Shown here one piece after another: positions 1-10,924 of a DNA stretch of 64,000 bases. How positions within the stretch are numbered: position 1 is the first letter of the stretch; every line of letters begins with the position of its first letter. The translations under genes and the position numbers were made by a program. Source of the stretch: Naegleria gruberi (taxonomy: Eukaryota); the NCBI GenBank assembly GCA_000004985.1, contig GG738863.1; one strand, 5' to 3'. The notes beneath the pieces were generated by a model. It was given only the letters and a program-made list of their open reading frames with translations, made no database searches and was not told the DNA's origin.

Positions 1-1
1 C

Positions 2-985
2 AACTCTGGAGAAATTCAAACTGGAGAAAGAAGAGACTTGTTGAGTTGTCTCATTGAGGCCAACTATGTTCAAAAGGGAGTTTTGACTGAGGATGAAGTT
101 AAATCAGATGCATTCATCTTTTCGCTTGCTGGGTTTGTATTCAAATTTTAAAACTATTTTTCCTAATTTTATTGAAATAGACATGAGGTGAGTTTTTGCA
201 AATTTACAATTTTTTGTAATGATGAATTTTTTATTTGAAATTTTAGACAACTTGTAAGTTTCGATTAATATTTGATTTTTGTTAACATGAGTGATAGCTA
301 CTACATTACAGGTAAGTTTTCAATGAAAATTCAAGAAAATTCGAATAATATTAAGTGGACTTGTTACGAACTTGGTAAAAGACCTGAAATACTCAAGAAA
401 GCTCAAGAAGAAGTTGATCGCATACTTGAGAATGGATCAAGAATTGCAACCTATGATGATTTCCCTAAAATGAACTATCTCAACATGATCATTATGGAAA
501 GTCTCAGAGTTCATCCTCCTGTCAGTGCTGCCTATAGAGTTGCCAAAAAGGCAACCACCATTGGAAAGTATCACATTCCAAAAGATACAATTATTCAAAT
601 GGAATTTGCTAACACTCATTGGAATGAAAAATTCTGGGAACAAGCCAATGAATATAATCCAGAACGATTCCCAACTGATTTTGAGGATAGACAAAAGATT
701 CACAGCGATTTCACATGGGTTCCATTCTCAATGGGAAATAGAAAATGTGTAAGTATGACAGTTTTAGTTTATAATAATGATTTGCCTTAATAGATTGGCT
801 ATAAATTTGCTCAATATGAAGCCTTTGCCATCATGTCACGACTTTTACAATTATACGATATTAAATTGGTCAATGATGAGAGACTTCCTGAAGATCAAGT
901 GACTGAAGAAAAGGGTCCAACTGTCGGCCCAGGAAATTTACATTTGATTTTCAAGAGAAGATCATCTGTGAATGCATCTCAATAA
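2..985 (+). CDS. cytochrome P450, 3' portion of a multi-exon gene (5' end lies outside the window)
   Basis: Frame-2 translation from nt 2 gives ...DEVKSDAFIFSLAG. Later exons give WTCYELGKRPEILKKAQEEV, ESLRVHPP, PERF and the heme-binding signature FSMGNRKC|IGYKFAQYEAF, which is split by a 45-nt GTAAGT..AG intron (749-793) that preserves frame. Stop TAA at 983-985. The small exon junctions between about 134 and 350 are not resolved. Confidence 0.7.
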
Positions 986-1048
986 TTTGAAAATAAACAA
1001 CTTTTCATTGTTCATTGTTCGTTGTAATAATTTAACAAAGAAAAAAAA

Positions 1049-2295
1049 ATGGAACAACACAAAACCAGTTCCATCACCAGTAATAATAATAATTTTTCAA
1101 ATGCTGATCACGAGCACGAACATTCGGAAGTAACAAAAGAAAATCAATTATCAATTTTCGACCAAGTATTGAATGATGATATTTTCCGAATTGTTCTTTC
1201 GTTTTTAAATGTTTCAGAATTGATGATTCTGGCAATTGTTTCTAAAAAATTGAGAATTGGTCAGCTCTCATCAGAAGACTATTTATGGAAGGAATATTAT
1301 GTGAATAGAGTGAAGGTACTCAATGATAATTTCAAAAATCAGTACAGATATCAATTATTGAGGAAAGTCGATAACACCAATTTATTTGAAAAGTATTTAC
1401 GTTTTGATTGTGATTTTAAGAAACATTTAATTGAACTGGGAGCTGAAATGGCATTGAAATCTGAGCAAGATTATAAAAAGAGAACAGAATATATTGAAAA
1501 ATTAAAACAGCTTGAGTATGGGAGAGTGGGCTTTCATACACGAGAGGAAATTCTTGCATGTGATTTGAAAATCAAATATTTACAACCTCAGTACAAAATC
1601 ATTCAAATTGGTAAGTTTTGTTTTTGAAATATTCAACTCAATTTGGATTTAAAGGTGATCAAGCTGTGGGAAAGACCAGTATTTACATGCGAATGCAGAA
1701 TTATGAGATGCCAACAGAGTATACACCAACTGTTTTTGACAATTTTAGTGACACCTATAAATACATAGATAGAAACACAATTAATCTGCACTATTGGGAT
1801 ACTGCTATTCATGAAGGTAAGTTTTCTAATTCAATACATATATTAGAAGTAATTGCAAGATGTGGATCAGTAAGTTGTTTTCTTTGTAACAATATTGACA
1901 CCAATCAAAAAAGATTCAGGATTTTTAGAATTTTCCCTGGTGTAGAGTTATTTCTTTTGAGTTTCAGTTGTGGATCTGATTCTAGTATGGAAAGTTTGAT
2001 ATCAAAGTGGTTTCCTGAATGTATTAAATATTGCCCAAATATTATTCTGGTTTGCACCAAAACTGATTTGAGAAATGAAAAAACCTTTTGTAAGAGATTA
2101 ACTGAGAAATTTCAAAGAAAGCCAATTGGATTCGAACAAGGAGAGCTACTTGCAAGAAAAATGGGATGTATTACCTATTTGGAAACCAGCTCTTTTAACA
2201 ATGAAGGTATCAAAGATTTGACTGAAATTATTGCCAAATCTATTGTGATAGCTTCAAATTCAACTCTGAAACAAAAGAAATGCATGCTGCAATAG
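1049..2295 (+). CDS. F-box domain fused to an atypical Rho-family GTPase domain
   Basis: ATG at 1049. N-terminal F-box-like segment LNDDIFRIVLSFLNVSELMILAIVSKKL...LWKEYY. A phase-1 GTAAGT..AG intron (1611-1654) joins ...KIIQIG to DQAVGKT, which is the P-loop GDxAVGKT. Rho motifs follow: switch I EYTPTVFDNF, TKTDL (NKxD-type) and ETSSF. Switch II reads WDTAIHE instead of WDTAGQE and is followed by an insertion. Possible further short introns at 1817-1947 could not be phased. The frame is open to TAG at 2293-2295. Confidence 0.55.
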
Positions 2296-2330
2296 TTCAC
2301 TTTCAATAATAACTCATGGAAGTGAAAAAT

Positions 2331-2933
2331 TTACTTTATTTTAGAGACCAACCATTCAATACTCTCAGTAATATTAAACTCATTAATTATACTGGTCATG
2401 AAAACTTCGAGAGGACGTTGAGGATTCGACTCGTTAACACCCTTAGTAGGACCAGTTCTCAAATGAGAAACTCCCATTGTACAACAGAGTTCAAATTCAG
2501 ACATGGCTTGAGGATTATCAACCTTATTACCCAGAATTACTACTGGAACATTGGCCAAGTCTGGATCATTTAAAATCTTGGCCAATTCCTTAGCAGCAAC
2601 CTGAGATCTCTTTCTATCCATTGAATCGACAATGAAAACAATACCATTCACATCAATGCAATATTGTTTCCAAAGCTGACGTGCCAGATCATGTCCTCCC
2701 ATATCTATGGCTTCCACAGAACATGTCGATGAAATTTCAATGGATTCCTTATTGGGAGTAGTTGTACTTTGATAGGCACCAATAAGATTACTCTTCAATT
2801 TGTGCAATAGTGTTGTCTTTCCAGCATTGTCTAATCCTAGAAATATAATCTTTCCCTTCACTGATGACATTAATCCCAATAATTTCAGCAAGTCAGAGCA
2901 ATAATTTAAAATCCAACTGAAAAATGAAGACAT
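2331..2933 (-). CDS. sar1: Sar1 small GTPase (COPII)
   Basis: Single 200-aa ORF with GLDNAGKTTLLHKLK (the Sar1 P-loop), DMGGH (switch II), LGNKVD and a C-terminus ...EVFMTSIINE....SKIK matching Sar1 end to end. Convergent with the upstream gene, with 35 bp between stop codons. Confidence 0.9.
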   Translation of the reverse strand: MSSFFSWILNYCSDLLKLLGLMSSVKGKIIFLGLDNAGKTTLLHKLKSNLIGAYQSTTTPNKESIEISSTCSVEAIDMGGHDLARQLWKQYCIDVNGIVFIVDSMDRKRSQVAAKELAKILNDPDLANVPVVILGNKVDNPQAMSEFELCCTMGVSHLRTGPTKGVNESNPQRPLEVFMTSIINEFNITESIEWLVSKIK

Positions 2934-3597
2934 TTTTGATTACAATATTTTACAATATGAGTGAAAGAAGTAGGTAGAAGTTTGTTTAATTGAGAACTGA
3001 GCAGTTACCAATTATTGTTGTTTTTTTTGATTATGAAAATTTCATTATTATCAACTCATTAGAGTTTTTAAATAGATTCGTATCAAACACCTCACCACAC
3101 GTGTCGGTTGGACAAATTTGGAAATCAATGACGTATACTCCAACGTCATCCCTCAACAAACAAATTGTGTTATTCTGAAACTTTTGTTTATTAGTCCTCA
3201 GAAAACATGTTCATCCAATAAAGTGGAAATATGTTATTGATTAATATTTAATAAATTTTGTTCTTTATAAAAATGATTGAGATGGTCATTCTCTACTTTA
3301 ACTTGGCATTTGCTTTGATTCCAACAAGAGTTTCTCAAAAGAATATAGTACTGCTTCTCATCAATCTTCCAAAGGTACATTTGAAGGAATGAACGAAAAG
3401 ATATGAACAAGCATTTTCCGAATGTTCCAGTACCTTCTCTGCTAAGGCATTGGAAAAATGTGGATTCTCCACTCAACATGCATTCATTATGCTGATTATG
3501 AGATTACCAAAGATCAAAAGGTTCTCAAACCATTCGTTCATGTTCCACTTCCACAAATCTATGAATTTAGTTTAGAATTATCATTTGTAAATAACAA

Positions 3598-5359
3598 TCA
3601 TTGTAATAGGCATTTGACATTTTTCAATAAAACTAATTCCTTGTAAGGAAATGTTTTCCATTGTGGGTCTTTCTTAATTTCTTTCAAATGTGAAGCAAAG
3701 GAATATAAAACCACTTTTTGTAATTGTAGAGCTTGGTAGGTTTCTGAAATTTCAAAAATGGTAAACAAGTCAATAGAGCAGTCTTTGAGAGGAGTTTCCA
3801 ATTCTTCATTTACTATTGAAGCAATGTATAATTCGCATATAGAACTCAATGAACTGATCATATACTTATTCGATAGGGTTAGAAGACTTATTGCATTCTC
3901 TTCGGTCATTTCTACCTTTCCAGTACTAATATATTCCACAATTGATTTGAAATGATAATAAAACTTTTCGTCTCCTTCTGAATCATTTGTCAAGTCCACA
4001 ATACAAGATTCACTCTCTGTAAAATTGCCTTCAAACATAATTTGAAAATATTCACAAGCACACGACAGAAAGTTTCTATTCGATTTCAAAATATTGTTCC
4101 CAATCATAAACGAAACATCCAACCAATGAGAATTTTCCAATGTAGATTGCCTAATATTATTGAAATAGGCATTATTAATACTGTTCTTGATATGTTCACG
4201 ATCTAATAAATTCTTATTTAAGTGTGTTATTGCCTCATAGTCTGAGAAAGAAAATGGATTTTGAAAATTAATTCCCTCACTCCAATCTCCAGAGTAAACT
4301 AGTTTCAAAATATCAAGAAGGTCTTTTTTCGAAATATTTTCGAAAGCAATACGAACTACTGATATGTTACTATCCAATTCAATACTAAGGTCAATCTGAA
4401 ACTCTTGCTGAATGGAAATAATTTCGCGTTGATCCAAAGATTGACCATTCGAATTAATGATCACTTCTGAAATTCTTTTCAGTAAAGGACAGGGACAACA
4501 ATATAAAATCCAAGAATGTCCAAATAATTTCCCCTCCACGCCACATTCAAAAATCAAATCGCTCTTCCACTCATTATTCAATAACTTGGAGAACTTGTCC
4601 ACTAGAAAATAATCCTCCACTTCAAATTCAGTCAAATTACTTGGCTCAATTGGTCCTCTGTTGAGAAGGTATTCAAAAAAGTTGTTAACACTCAATTCAG
4701 ACTTGGAGGAACAACTAAAAAATCGATCAATTCTTGGATGTCTTCTCATGAAATTTCTAATTTTCTCTTCGCTCACTCCCTGAAATTTCTCATCAGAAAT
4801 TAAATCATTTTTCATTCCAACCAAAACTACAAAATCTATCTGTGTAGATTTTATAATTTTCATCCATTTAGATTCCAAACTTTCAAAGGTCGTTTCATCA
4901 ACCATTGAAAAACTAAATCCAGTCAATAATAATTTCACACAATCACAAACTCACCAAAGAACCAACACATTCATTGAATTAATAAAAGCTCTTTCAACTT
5001 TAATTATGACATCACATTAAATTCCAATTTCCACTAAAACTCACCACTAATAATTCAAATTGTTTGTTTGAATTTAATTTCCTCACTAAATTACTTACTG
5101 AATTTCATCTCCGATCACATCAAATAATGACAAACAAACAGTTGACGAATTTTTCAACTTGATATTAGCAGACTTTTAAAATTGCAAAATAATATTAGTG
5201 GTGATCGGAATTAAAGAAACTCACATAACTATCCAATCGTCTGGGAACGTATTCTCCTTCGAATAGGGTTTCATCATCAACACCTGTATATTTTAATAGG
5301 AATGTGGTTTTCCCACAACCAATGTCGCCAAGCAATAGCACGGCCAGTGGTGGATCCAT
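3598..5359 (-). CDS. RhoBTB-like protein (atypical Rho GTPase domain followed by a BTB/POZ-like region), multi-exon
   Basis: Exon 1 (ATG at 5359) encodes MDPPLAVLLLGDIGCGKTTFLLKY...EYVPRRLDSY and ends at a GTGAGT donor. An internal exon contains VCLSLFDVIGDE (switch II with the Gln replaced). The ORF 3598-4938 encodes the second half of the Rho domain (FSMVDETTFESLESKW, VLVGMKNDL, CSSKSELSV). It is followed by LIFECGVEGKLFGHSWILYCCPCPLLKRI, which is BTB-like. Exact junctions in 4939-5253 are not resolved. Confidence 0.7.
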
Positions 5360-5764
5360 TTTTTTTTTACAAATCCAGTCTTGCAAACTTTACAATATTT
5401 CATATTTTCATATTTCAATGAACATTCACAATGCTCAATAAATTTTCGGTCTACACTTGATTTTACTAACAAAACTGAAACTTTTAATTTTACTATCACA
5501 GCGTAAAACGAACATCTCATGATATCTGTAGATGTTATTTTTAGAAACCAACTTTAAAAAAATTCTCGTCATTCTTCTTTATAAAATTCTTCTTATCTGA
5601 TAATTGGACACAACAACGACCAAACGGGATTGTTAATTCATAATTTCGTACCAATATAGAAAAGCAAGTAGCTCCCGATCAAAACTACTCTACTGTATTG
5701 AAAAACTTGGACAAAATAACAAAATAATATCATCATCATTAAATATTAGTTTAATTTAAAGTTT

Positions 5765-7111
5765 TTGTGTTTGCTGTACAGTATGATAACAACACCAATT
5801 TCTCCTGCACACATTTTGAAGGGTTCTCCCTCACCAACATCATCAACATCAGGAACGGGTGGAAAGAAAACCTCTCGACCTCCTAAAGGATCAAAACAAT
5901 TATCATCTCCTATTTCCAATCAATCTTCCTCCACCACTTCATCAATACCACCAATGACGCCCAATGATCAACTCCCACAGCAACACGTACCTTCTTTTAA
6001 AGGTCCTGTGATACCTCCTCCAACACATTTTCCTTACTTTCCAATGAATCCAATGGCTATGCCTAATGTTCCCATGATGTATGCTCCAATTAATACGATG
6101 CACATGATTCCTACCACCACACCAATGTTTGGCATGTTTCCACAGCCTGTAATGCCAAATATTCCTCCTCCAACAACTCCCCATAATACTTCTTTTCATA
6201 AGGTTCCGACTCCAATTCAACCAAAGCCTAGTACAAGCCCTCCATCATCAACCCAATCCACCATCACCACCACACAGTCTTCTAAAACAAAACCAAAGAA
6301 GAAAAAGAGACCACCAACAAGTAATAGGAATGTGAACACTGCTGATAATAGTAATAATACATCACCAGTAGTTATTTCTAGTAATATATCGAAAACGGCC
6401 GAAACAACAAGCAATCAAAAAAGAAAAGAACCTCCAACAACTAGTCGTTCAGTTCATCAGCATATAATTTCATATTTGTGGGAATTGGGACTCAGGGATA
6501 GTGCTAAAATTTTGGAAAATGACCTCAATAATCCTCTTTTGTTGAATGCTTCAGAAGATCGTGTAAGCTCTTTTGTGAATAATTTGAGTAATGAAGTTGA
6601 GCGTCACTCACACACAATACCCCCTTCCAATAAGAAAATTTCCACCAACGAAAAATCTTCCAGTAGTAATTTTACAACAACCGATGAAACATCAATAATT
6701 AATTCAAACGAAAATGATAGTTTTATGAGTGAATCAAATAATTCAACAATGGACAAGTACAACTCTGAAAATTATCTCAACATTCTCAAACAAACCACCA
6801 AATCTGAGAGCTACAACAAACCAACTGCTGAGTATGTCAATGAAAGATTGGAAAACTTGGAACAAACACTAGGCGTAAAGGAACAAAAAGTGCAAGTATT
6901 TGCCAGAATGAAAGAAGTGGAAGAAAGAATGCTCAAATTGGATGTTAACAATAATGAGATAGCACAACAGCAACCGTTACTTGGCAGTTCTGGTACTGCT
7001 GCTAATGATAATGTGCATGATGACAACTTCTTTGATAGCTTTTTTGAAGATGACACAGATAACCACCAAATGTCTGAATCACATTTTCAATTAGATAATA
7101 CAGACTGTTAA
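5765..7111 (+). CDS. low-complexity Pro/Ser/Thr/Asn-rich protein with a LisH-like motif
   Basis: 448-aa ORF. The compositionally biased N half (PPTTP, poly-S/T) matches the codon usage of neighbouring genes. HQHIISYLWELGLRDSAKILENDLN resembles a LisH dimerisation motif. The annotated start is probably the second ATG (MITTPISP). Confidence 0.5.
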   Translation: MCLLYSMITTPISPAHILKGSPSPTSSTSGTGGKKTSRPPKGSKQLSSPISNQSSSTTSSIPPMTPNDQLPQQHVPSFKGPVIPPPTHFPYFPMNPMAMPNVPMMYAPINTMHMIPTTTPMFGMFPQPVMPNIPPPTTPHNTSFHKVPTPIQPKPSTSPPSSTQSTITTTQSSKTKPKKKKRPPTSNRNVNTADNSNNTSPVVISSNISKTAETTSNQKRKEPPTTSRSVHQHIISYLWELGLRDSAKILENDLNNPLLLNASEDRVSSFVNNLSNEVERHSHTIPPSNKKISTNEKSSSSNFTTTDETSIINSNENDSFMSESNNSTMDKYNSENYLNILKQTTKSESYNKPTAEYVNERLENLEQTLGVKEQKVQVFARMKEVEERMLKLDVNNNEIAQQQPLLGSSGTAANDNVHDDNFFDSFFEDDTDNHQMSESHFQLDNTDC

Positions 7112-7227
7112 TTTACCTTTCAAATTATTAAATTAATTCTTTAACTGTCTTGTAATCTAGCATGATAACATAACTTAATATGTTTTGTTTAATTTTACAA
7201 CTAGTTGGTGTTTAGTATATATATAAA

Positions 7228-8277
7228 TTATTCTTCCTTAGTTTCTGCTGATTCTGATTCCTCCTTTCCGTTAGCAGCTGTTTCAGTTTCGGATTCGCCC
7301 GACTTTTTGGTTTGCTTCTTTTTCTTATTTTTAGCTGAAGAAGCAGCCTTACGTTTTCTCTTCTTGGTTGGGTATCCTTTGTTTTGTGGATCTTCATTGA
7401 AATCCAAGATTCTCTTGATGAGTTCCTTCTTAGTACCTGTTGAGTTGACACCATTTGTTTTACAGAATTCTTTAAGTTCCTCAGTCCAATAATTTTGGAA
7501 TATTTCTTCATAGTCCTTGCAATCTTTCAACTCTGATCTGTTGGCTTTAATTTGTTCATTATGTTCTTCACGTCTAGCCTTTGAATCCTTTCTACCATCA
7601 ACTGTCTTTTTCTTCTTCTCCTTCTTTTCCTTCTTTTCCTTCTTTTCTTTTGGTTTCTTTTCCTTCTTATTGTTCTTCTTTGGTTCCTCCTCTTCATCTT
7701 CATCAGGGAGAATACCACTGAATACTTGACCTAGAATCAAGTCTGTATAGTTTGCCTTGGTAAATTTAGCCTTGGTTTTAAGTTTGAGATTTTCACAGGT
7801 TTGTTTCAATTGTTCCTCTGATAAATGACCAATAATTATAATTGTTCCATCCAATAAAAACTGATCAGCAATATCTTCGGCAAATTGTTTTTCATCGGAT
7901 GCATCTGTCTCAAAATTAAGTATTTGAGCAAACTTTTTAAGTGTGGACATTTTCATCTTGCTCAAAAAACCTTCTGGGCCATTAGGATCCAGTTCAACAC
8001 TATCAAGGAATTTTTCTCCAAGAGTTGATAATGCTGTTACATCATCAGCAAGTTCAACACTAGCTTCCTTCATCGATGATTTTAATGTTTTAGCATCAAG
8101 CTTTTCTACAAATTTTCTGATACCTTGCTCGTATGCCCAATCGATCAGGTCGTCACTCATTTCATTAACATTATTTTTATAATCCATTTTGGTTGCCTCC
8201 ACCATGGTTTTTAAAACATCTTCATTAAACTTTTTAAGTAACTTTGACAAATCTTCTACCGTAGTTTTAGATGACAT
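7228..8277 (-). CDS. SAP-domain nuclear protein with a Lys/Glu-rich repeat region
   Basis: 349-aa ORF. The C-terminal WTEELKEFCKTNGVNSTGTKKELIKRIL fits the SAP (SAF-A/B, Acinus, PIAS) helix-loop-helix motif. A (KEKKEKK)n tract is encoded by the 7595-7680 microsatellite, and the basic tail resembles a nuclear localisation signal. DEK-like is possible but not established. Confidence 0.55.
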   Translation of the reverse strand: MSSKTTVEDLSKLLKKFNEDVLKTMVEATKMDYKNNVNEMSDDLIDWAYEQGIRKFVEKLDAKTLKSSMKEASVELADDVTALSTLGEKFLDSVELDPNGPEGFLSKMKMSTLKKFAQILNFETDASDEKQFAEDIADQFLLDGTIIIIGHLSEEQLKQTCENLKLKTKAKFTKANYTDLILGQVFSGILPDEDEEEEPKKNNKKEKKPKEKKEKKEKKEKKKKTVDGRKDSKARREEHNEQIKANRSELKDCKDYEEIFQNYWTEELKEFCKTNGVNSTGTKKELIKRILDFNEDPQNKGYPTKKRKRKAASSAKNKKKKQTKKSGESETETAANGKEESESAETKEE

Positions 8278-8621
8278 TTTGATGATCTAGAGTGTCAATA
8301 TAATAAATTAATTTCCTACTATTATTTCTTATCCGTTTTAAACAATCACAAAATTTTTCCAACAAAGCCTCTGTTGTTGTATGATTAAAAATGTGGCCGG
8401 GTGTTGCAAAAAGAGAGTGTGGTTATTTTTTTTGAAAAATAAAAAATTAATTTTTTCTTACAACTGCCAGAATCCTTTTTAGCGGGTGAAAAATTATCTT
8501 GAAATAAGTTCCGCAAAAGAAAGGATTCTGCTTGGTGTTGTTTTTTTGGTTGACAATTTTTGTAAACTAAAAGTTTTTATTGTTTTCACACGCAAAAAAC
8601 TTTTATTGAACAACATCAACA

Positions 8622-10442
8622 TTACACTTCAAATTGACTTGCCCAATCAATGACGTTTTCTAATAATTCAATAATAGTCTTTTCTTCGTCTGACATTTCT
8701 TCTTCTTGAATATAGTCGTGGACAAGGTCTAATGTACTTGGAATGTTCTTTGTATTACTGAGTTGCATAATGTATAAAAGTAAGCCGTAGAGAGTTGTAT
8801 CACTCAGTGAACTGTAATCAGTAACTTGATTACAAATTTCAACAATCTTTTTGTGGAAGTTTACGAGAGTATCAAGAGTGGCATAGGGTGTCTTTCCAAT
8901 ATTTAAATTATCTAAAATAATAATGGCAGGTTCAAACAAGTCGGCTGATCTCAGTATTCCCTCATCATCCACTCCTAAATCATCAAATGTCACTGGACCA
9001 ATATCTTCCAACTTTCCTTCAATTTCCTTGTTTTGATTTTGAGTTTCATAGACTTCGACAAGAGTTCTATATACACGTTTCATGACACCCTCAGCAAATG
9101 CTTTGGTAATGTAATGTCTCAATTCCATACTTTGAAGTGAGCTCCAATATTGTTCAAGCGAGTTGACTATTGCTGTTGCAAGGTCAGCAATTTGTTTGTT
9201 TGCCTCTCCTACATTAAGCCAGGCTGTATCCTCTTGTTTTTGGAATTCAGCATTGAATTTCTGAGTAAAATGAATTAATAGATTATTAATTGGATGTTGG
9301 GAGACTTGATCTGCAATTTCAGAAATGTGTGAACGAATCATGGCCCATTGATCTTCAGGGGATTCTGTCAATGATAATTCTCTATCAAAGAGCTCATCCC
9401 TAGTCTTGAAAGTTCTCTCCTTTGTATAGATTGAAACGAATTTGGATGATACAAGCTTATTCCAAGGATTACCATCCGATCCATCAAAAGTTGTAGATTC
9501 TCCATCCCAGGCCTCTCCCAATTTGATACTCTTTCTCTTCTCCGAAGGATCAACACCAAATGTTGAAACATCAGAAAGTGAAACAGAAGCACGGTTTCTT
9601 GCCGAATCGAGAGGAGAATTAATTCTTGGAGTGATTGCTCCTGGAGGAGGTTGGAACTCAATAACAGGTCCAGAAAGTTGAACAGAAGATCTATTAGACA
9701 TTGTTCCTAAAGGTGGTTGAATTGCCGATTGTAAAGAGTCTCTTCCATAAGAGCTTGTTGATTGTCTAAGTGTTGATTGAATGATTGGTGAGTTTGAAAG
9801 TTGTGGCGAGATTGTTGGTGATGAATTATTGGAAATATTTGGTTGCAAGTTTGTTGATGGAAGCGAAGGTGCTGATGGATTAGTACTGCCATTACTGAAT
9901 GGCATGTTGTTACTGATTGGAGGAGGTGTATTGAAAGTCATAGATGATCTCAATGAATTGACATCACTAGGTGTGTTGCTTGTTGTTGAAGTAATGGAAG
10001 ATCTATTGGAGAAATGGAAGGATGAATTCATAGAGGTTGGTATTTGTTGTAAAGATGATGAAGATGAAGAATTGAAACCACTACTTGGTATATTAATCAT
10101 TGAAGTTGATAGATTTGAATTTCCGGTAACTCCAATACCAAATGAATTATTAGGAGTCAAAGTATTGCCACCTGAAGAAGAATTTGGTATTTCCTTGTCC
10201 ACAATATCGGAAACTCTTTCAAAGCACATTTTACAAATCTTTAAAGCTTGAGAAACTTGTTTAAATGTTTGTGCATTTGATTTCAATTCCTCTGCCAAGT
10301 TATCTTCCTTCAATAATTGTCCAAGTGAAAGCATACAAGCACCATATTGCTTCAGTGCTTCACTAAAATTACGTTGTTCATCTCTTTTAATTGCTTCACT
10401 ACTTTTCAATTTGATAGAGTGAATATTAAATTGATTCACCAT
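8622..10442 (-). CDS. hypothetical protein: N-terminal MIT-like helical domain, long Ser/Asn-rich linker, C-terminal VPS9-like (Rab GEF) region (tentative)
   Basis: 606-aa ORF. The N-terminus EAIKRDEQRNFSEALKQYGACMLSLGQLLKE...ALKICKMCFERV resembles a MIT three-helix bundle. The C-terminus ...LSDTTLYGLLLYIMQLSNTKNIPSTLDLVHDYI loosely matches the VPS9 core (GADDFLPVLIYVVL..NPP.L.SNLQYI). The domain calls are low confidence. Confidence 0.55.
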   Translation of the reverse strand: MVNQFNIHSIKLKSSEAIKRDEQRNFSEALKQYGACMLSLGQLLKEDNLAEELKSNAQTFKQVSQALKICKMCFERVSDIVDKEIPNSSSGGNTLTPNNSFGIGVTGNSNLSTSMINIPSSGFNSSSSSSLQQIPTSMNSSFHFSNRSSITSTTSNTPSDVNSLRSSMTFNTPPPISNNMPFSNGSTNPSAPSLPSTNLQPNISNNSSPTISPQLSNSPIIQSTLRQSTSSYGRDSLQSAIQPPLGTMSNRSSVQLSGPVIEFQPPPGAITPRINSPLDSARNRASVSLSDVSTFGVDPSEKRKSIKLGEAWDGESTTFDGSDGNPWNKLVSSKFVSIYTKERTFKTRDELFDRELSLTESPEDQWAMIRSHISEIADQVSQHPINNLLIHFTQKFNAEFQKQEDTAWLNVGEANKQIADLATAIVNSLEQYWSSLQSMELRHYITKAFAEGVMKRVYRTLVEVYETQNQNKEIEGKLEDIGPVTFDDLGVDDEGILRSADLFEPAIIILDNLNIGKTPYATLDTLVNFHKKIVEICNQVTDYSSLSDTTLYGLLLYIMQLSNTKNIPSTLDLVHDYIQEEEMSDEEKTIIELLENVIDWASQFEV

Positions 10443-10924
10443 TATTATGATCTGATTATATTAAAATAATTTGAAGTTTTCACAAGAGAGAGTAGCAGTA
10501 TTTCTTCGGAAGAATAAAATATATCACTGTTAATAATATTGAAGATGATGGTGATGTTGTCAATGTTCCAATCGCCGATTAAAAATATCTTTGTGTTGAG
10601 GGGGCAACAACAGTATCTTGATGTTCAGTTATTTTTTTTTTAATATGAAAGAACATCCGAGTTCCACTTGTCTTCCAATTAGCTATCCTCTTTTTTCGCT
10701 GTGATCTGATAATACAATTGTTTGAAAGGAAGTTAGAAACTTGTATCGAATCTTATTTAAATTTGTTAAATTAGATATGCAGTGAAAATCAAAGATGTTG
10801 TAACGTGGTCTTATCTTTTCCGAAAATTTCTAGAAAAAAAAACTCCCAAGTTCGTTCCACTTCAAGCATCACAATGTAACGTCCTACAACAACAAAATAA
10901 TACAGAAAAAACTAGAAGAAAAAA
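10443..10924. promoter_or_regulatory. divergent (bidirectional) promoter region between the minus-strand gene ending at 10442 and the plus-strand gene starting at 10925
   Basis: 482-bp AT-rich intergenic spacer flanked by two start codons pointing away from each other. No motif was verified. Confidence 0.3.

Noticed and set aside
7595-7680. CTTCTTTTCC-type microsatellite
   Set aside because: It is not an independent element. It encodes the (KEKKEKK)n tract of the SAP-domain protein on the minus strand.
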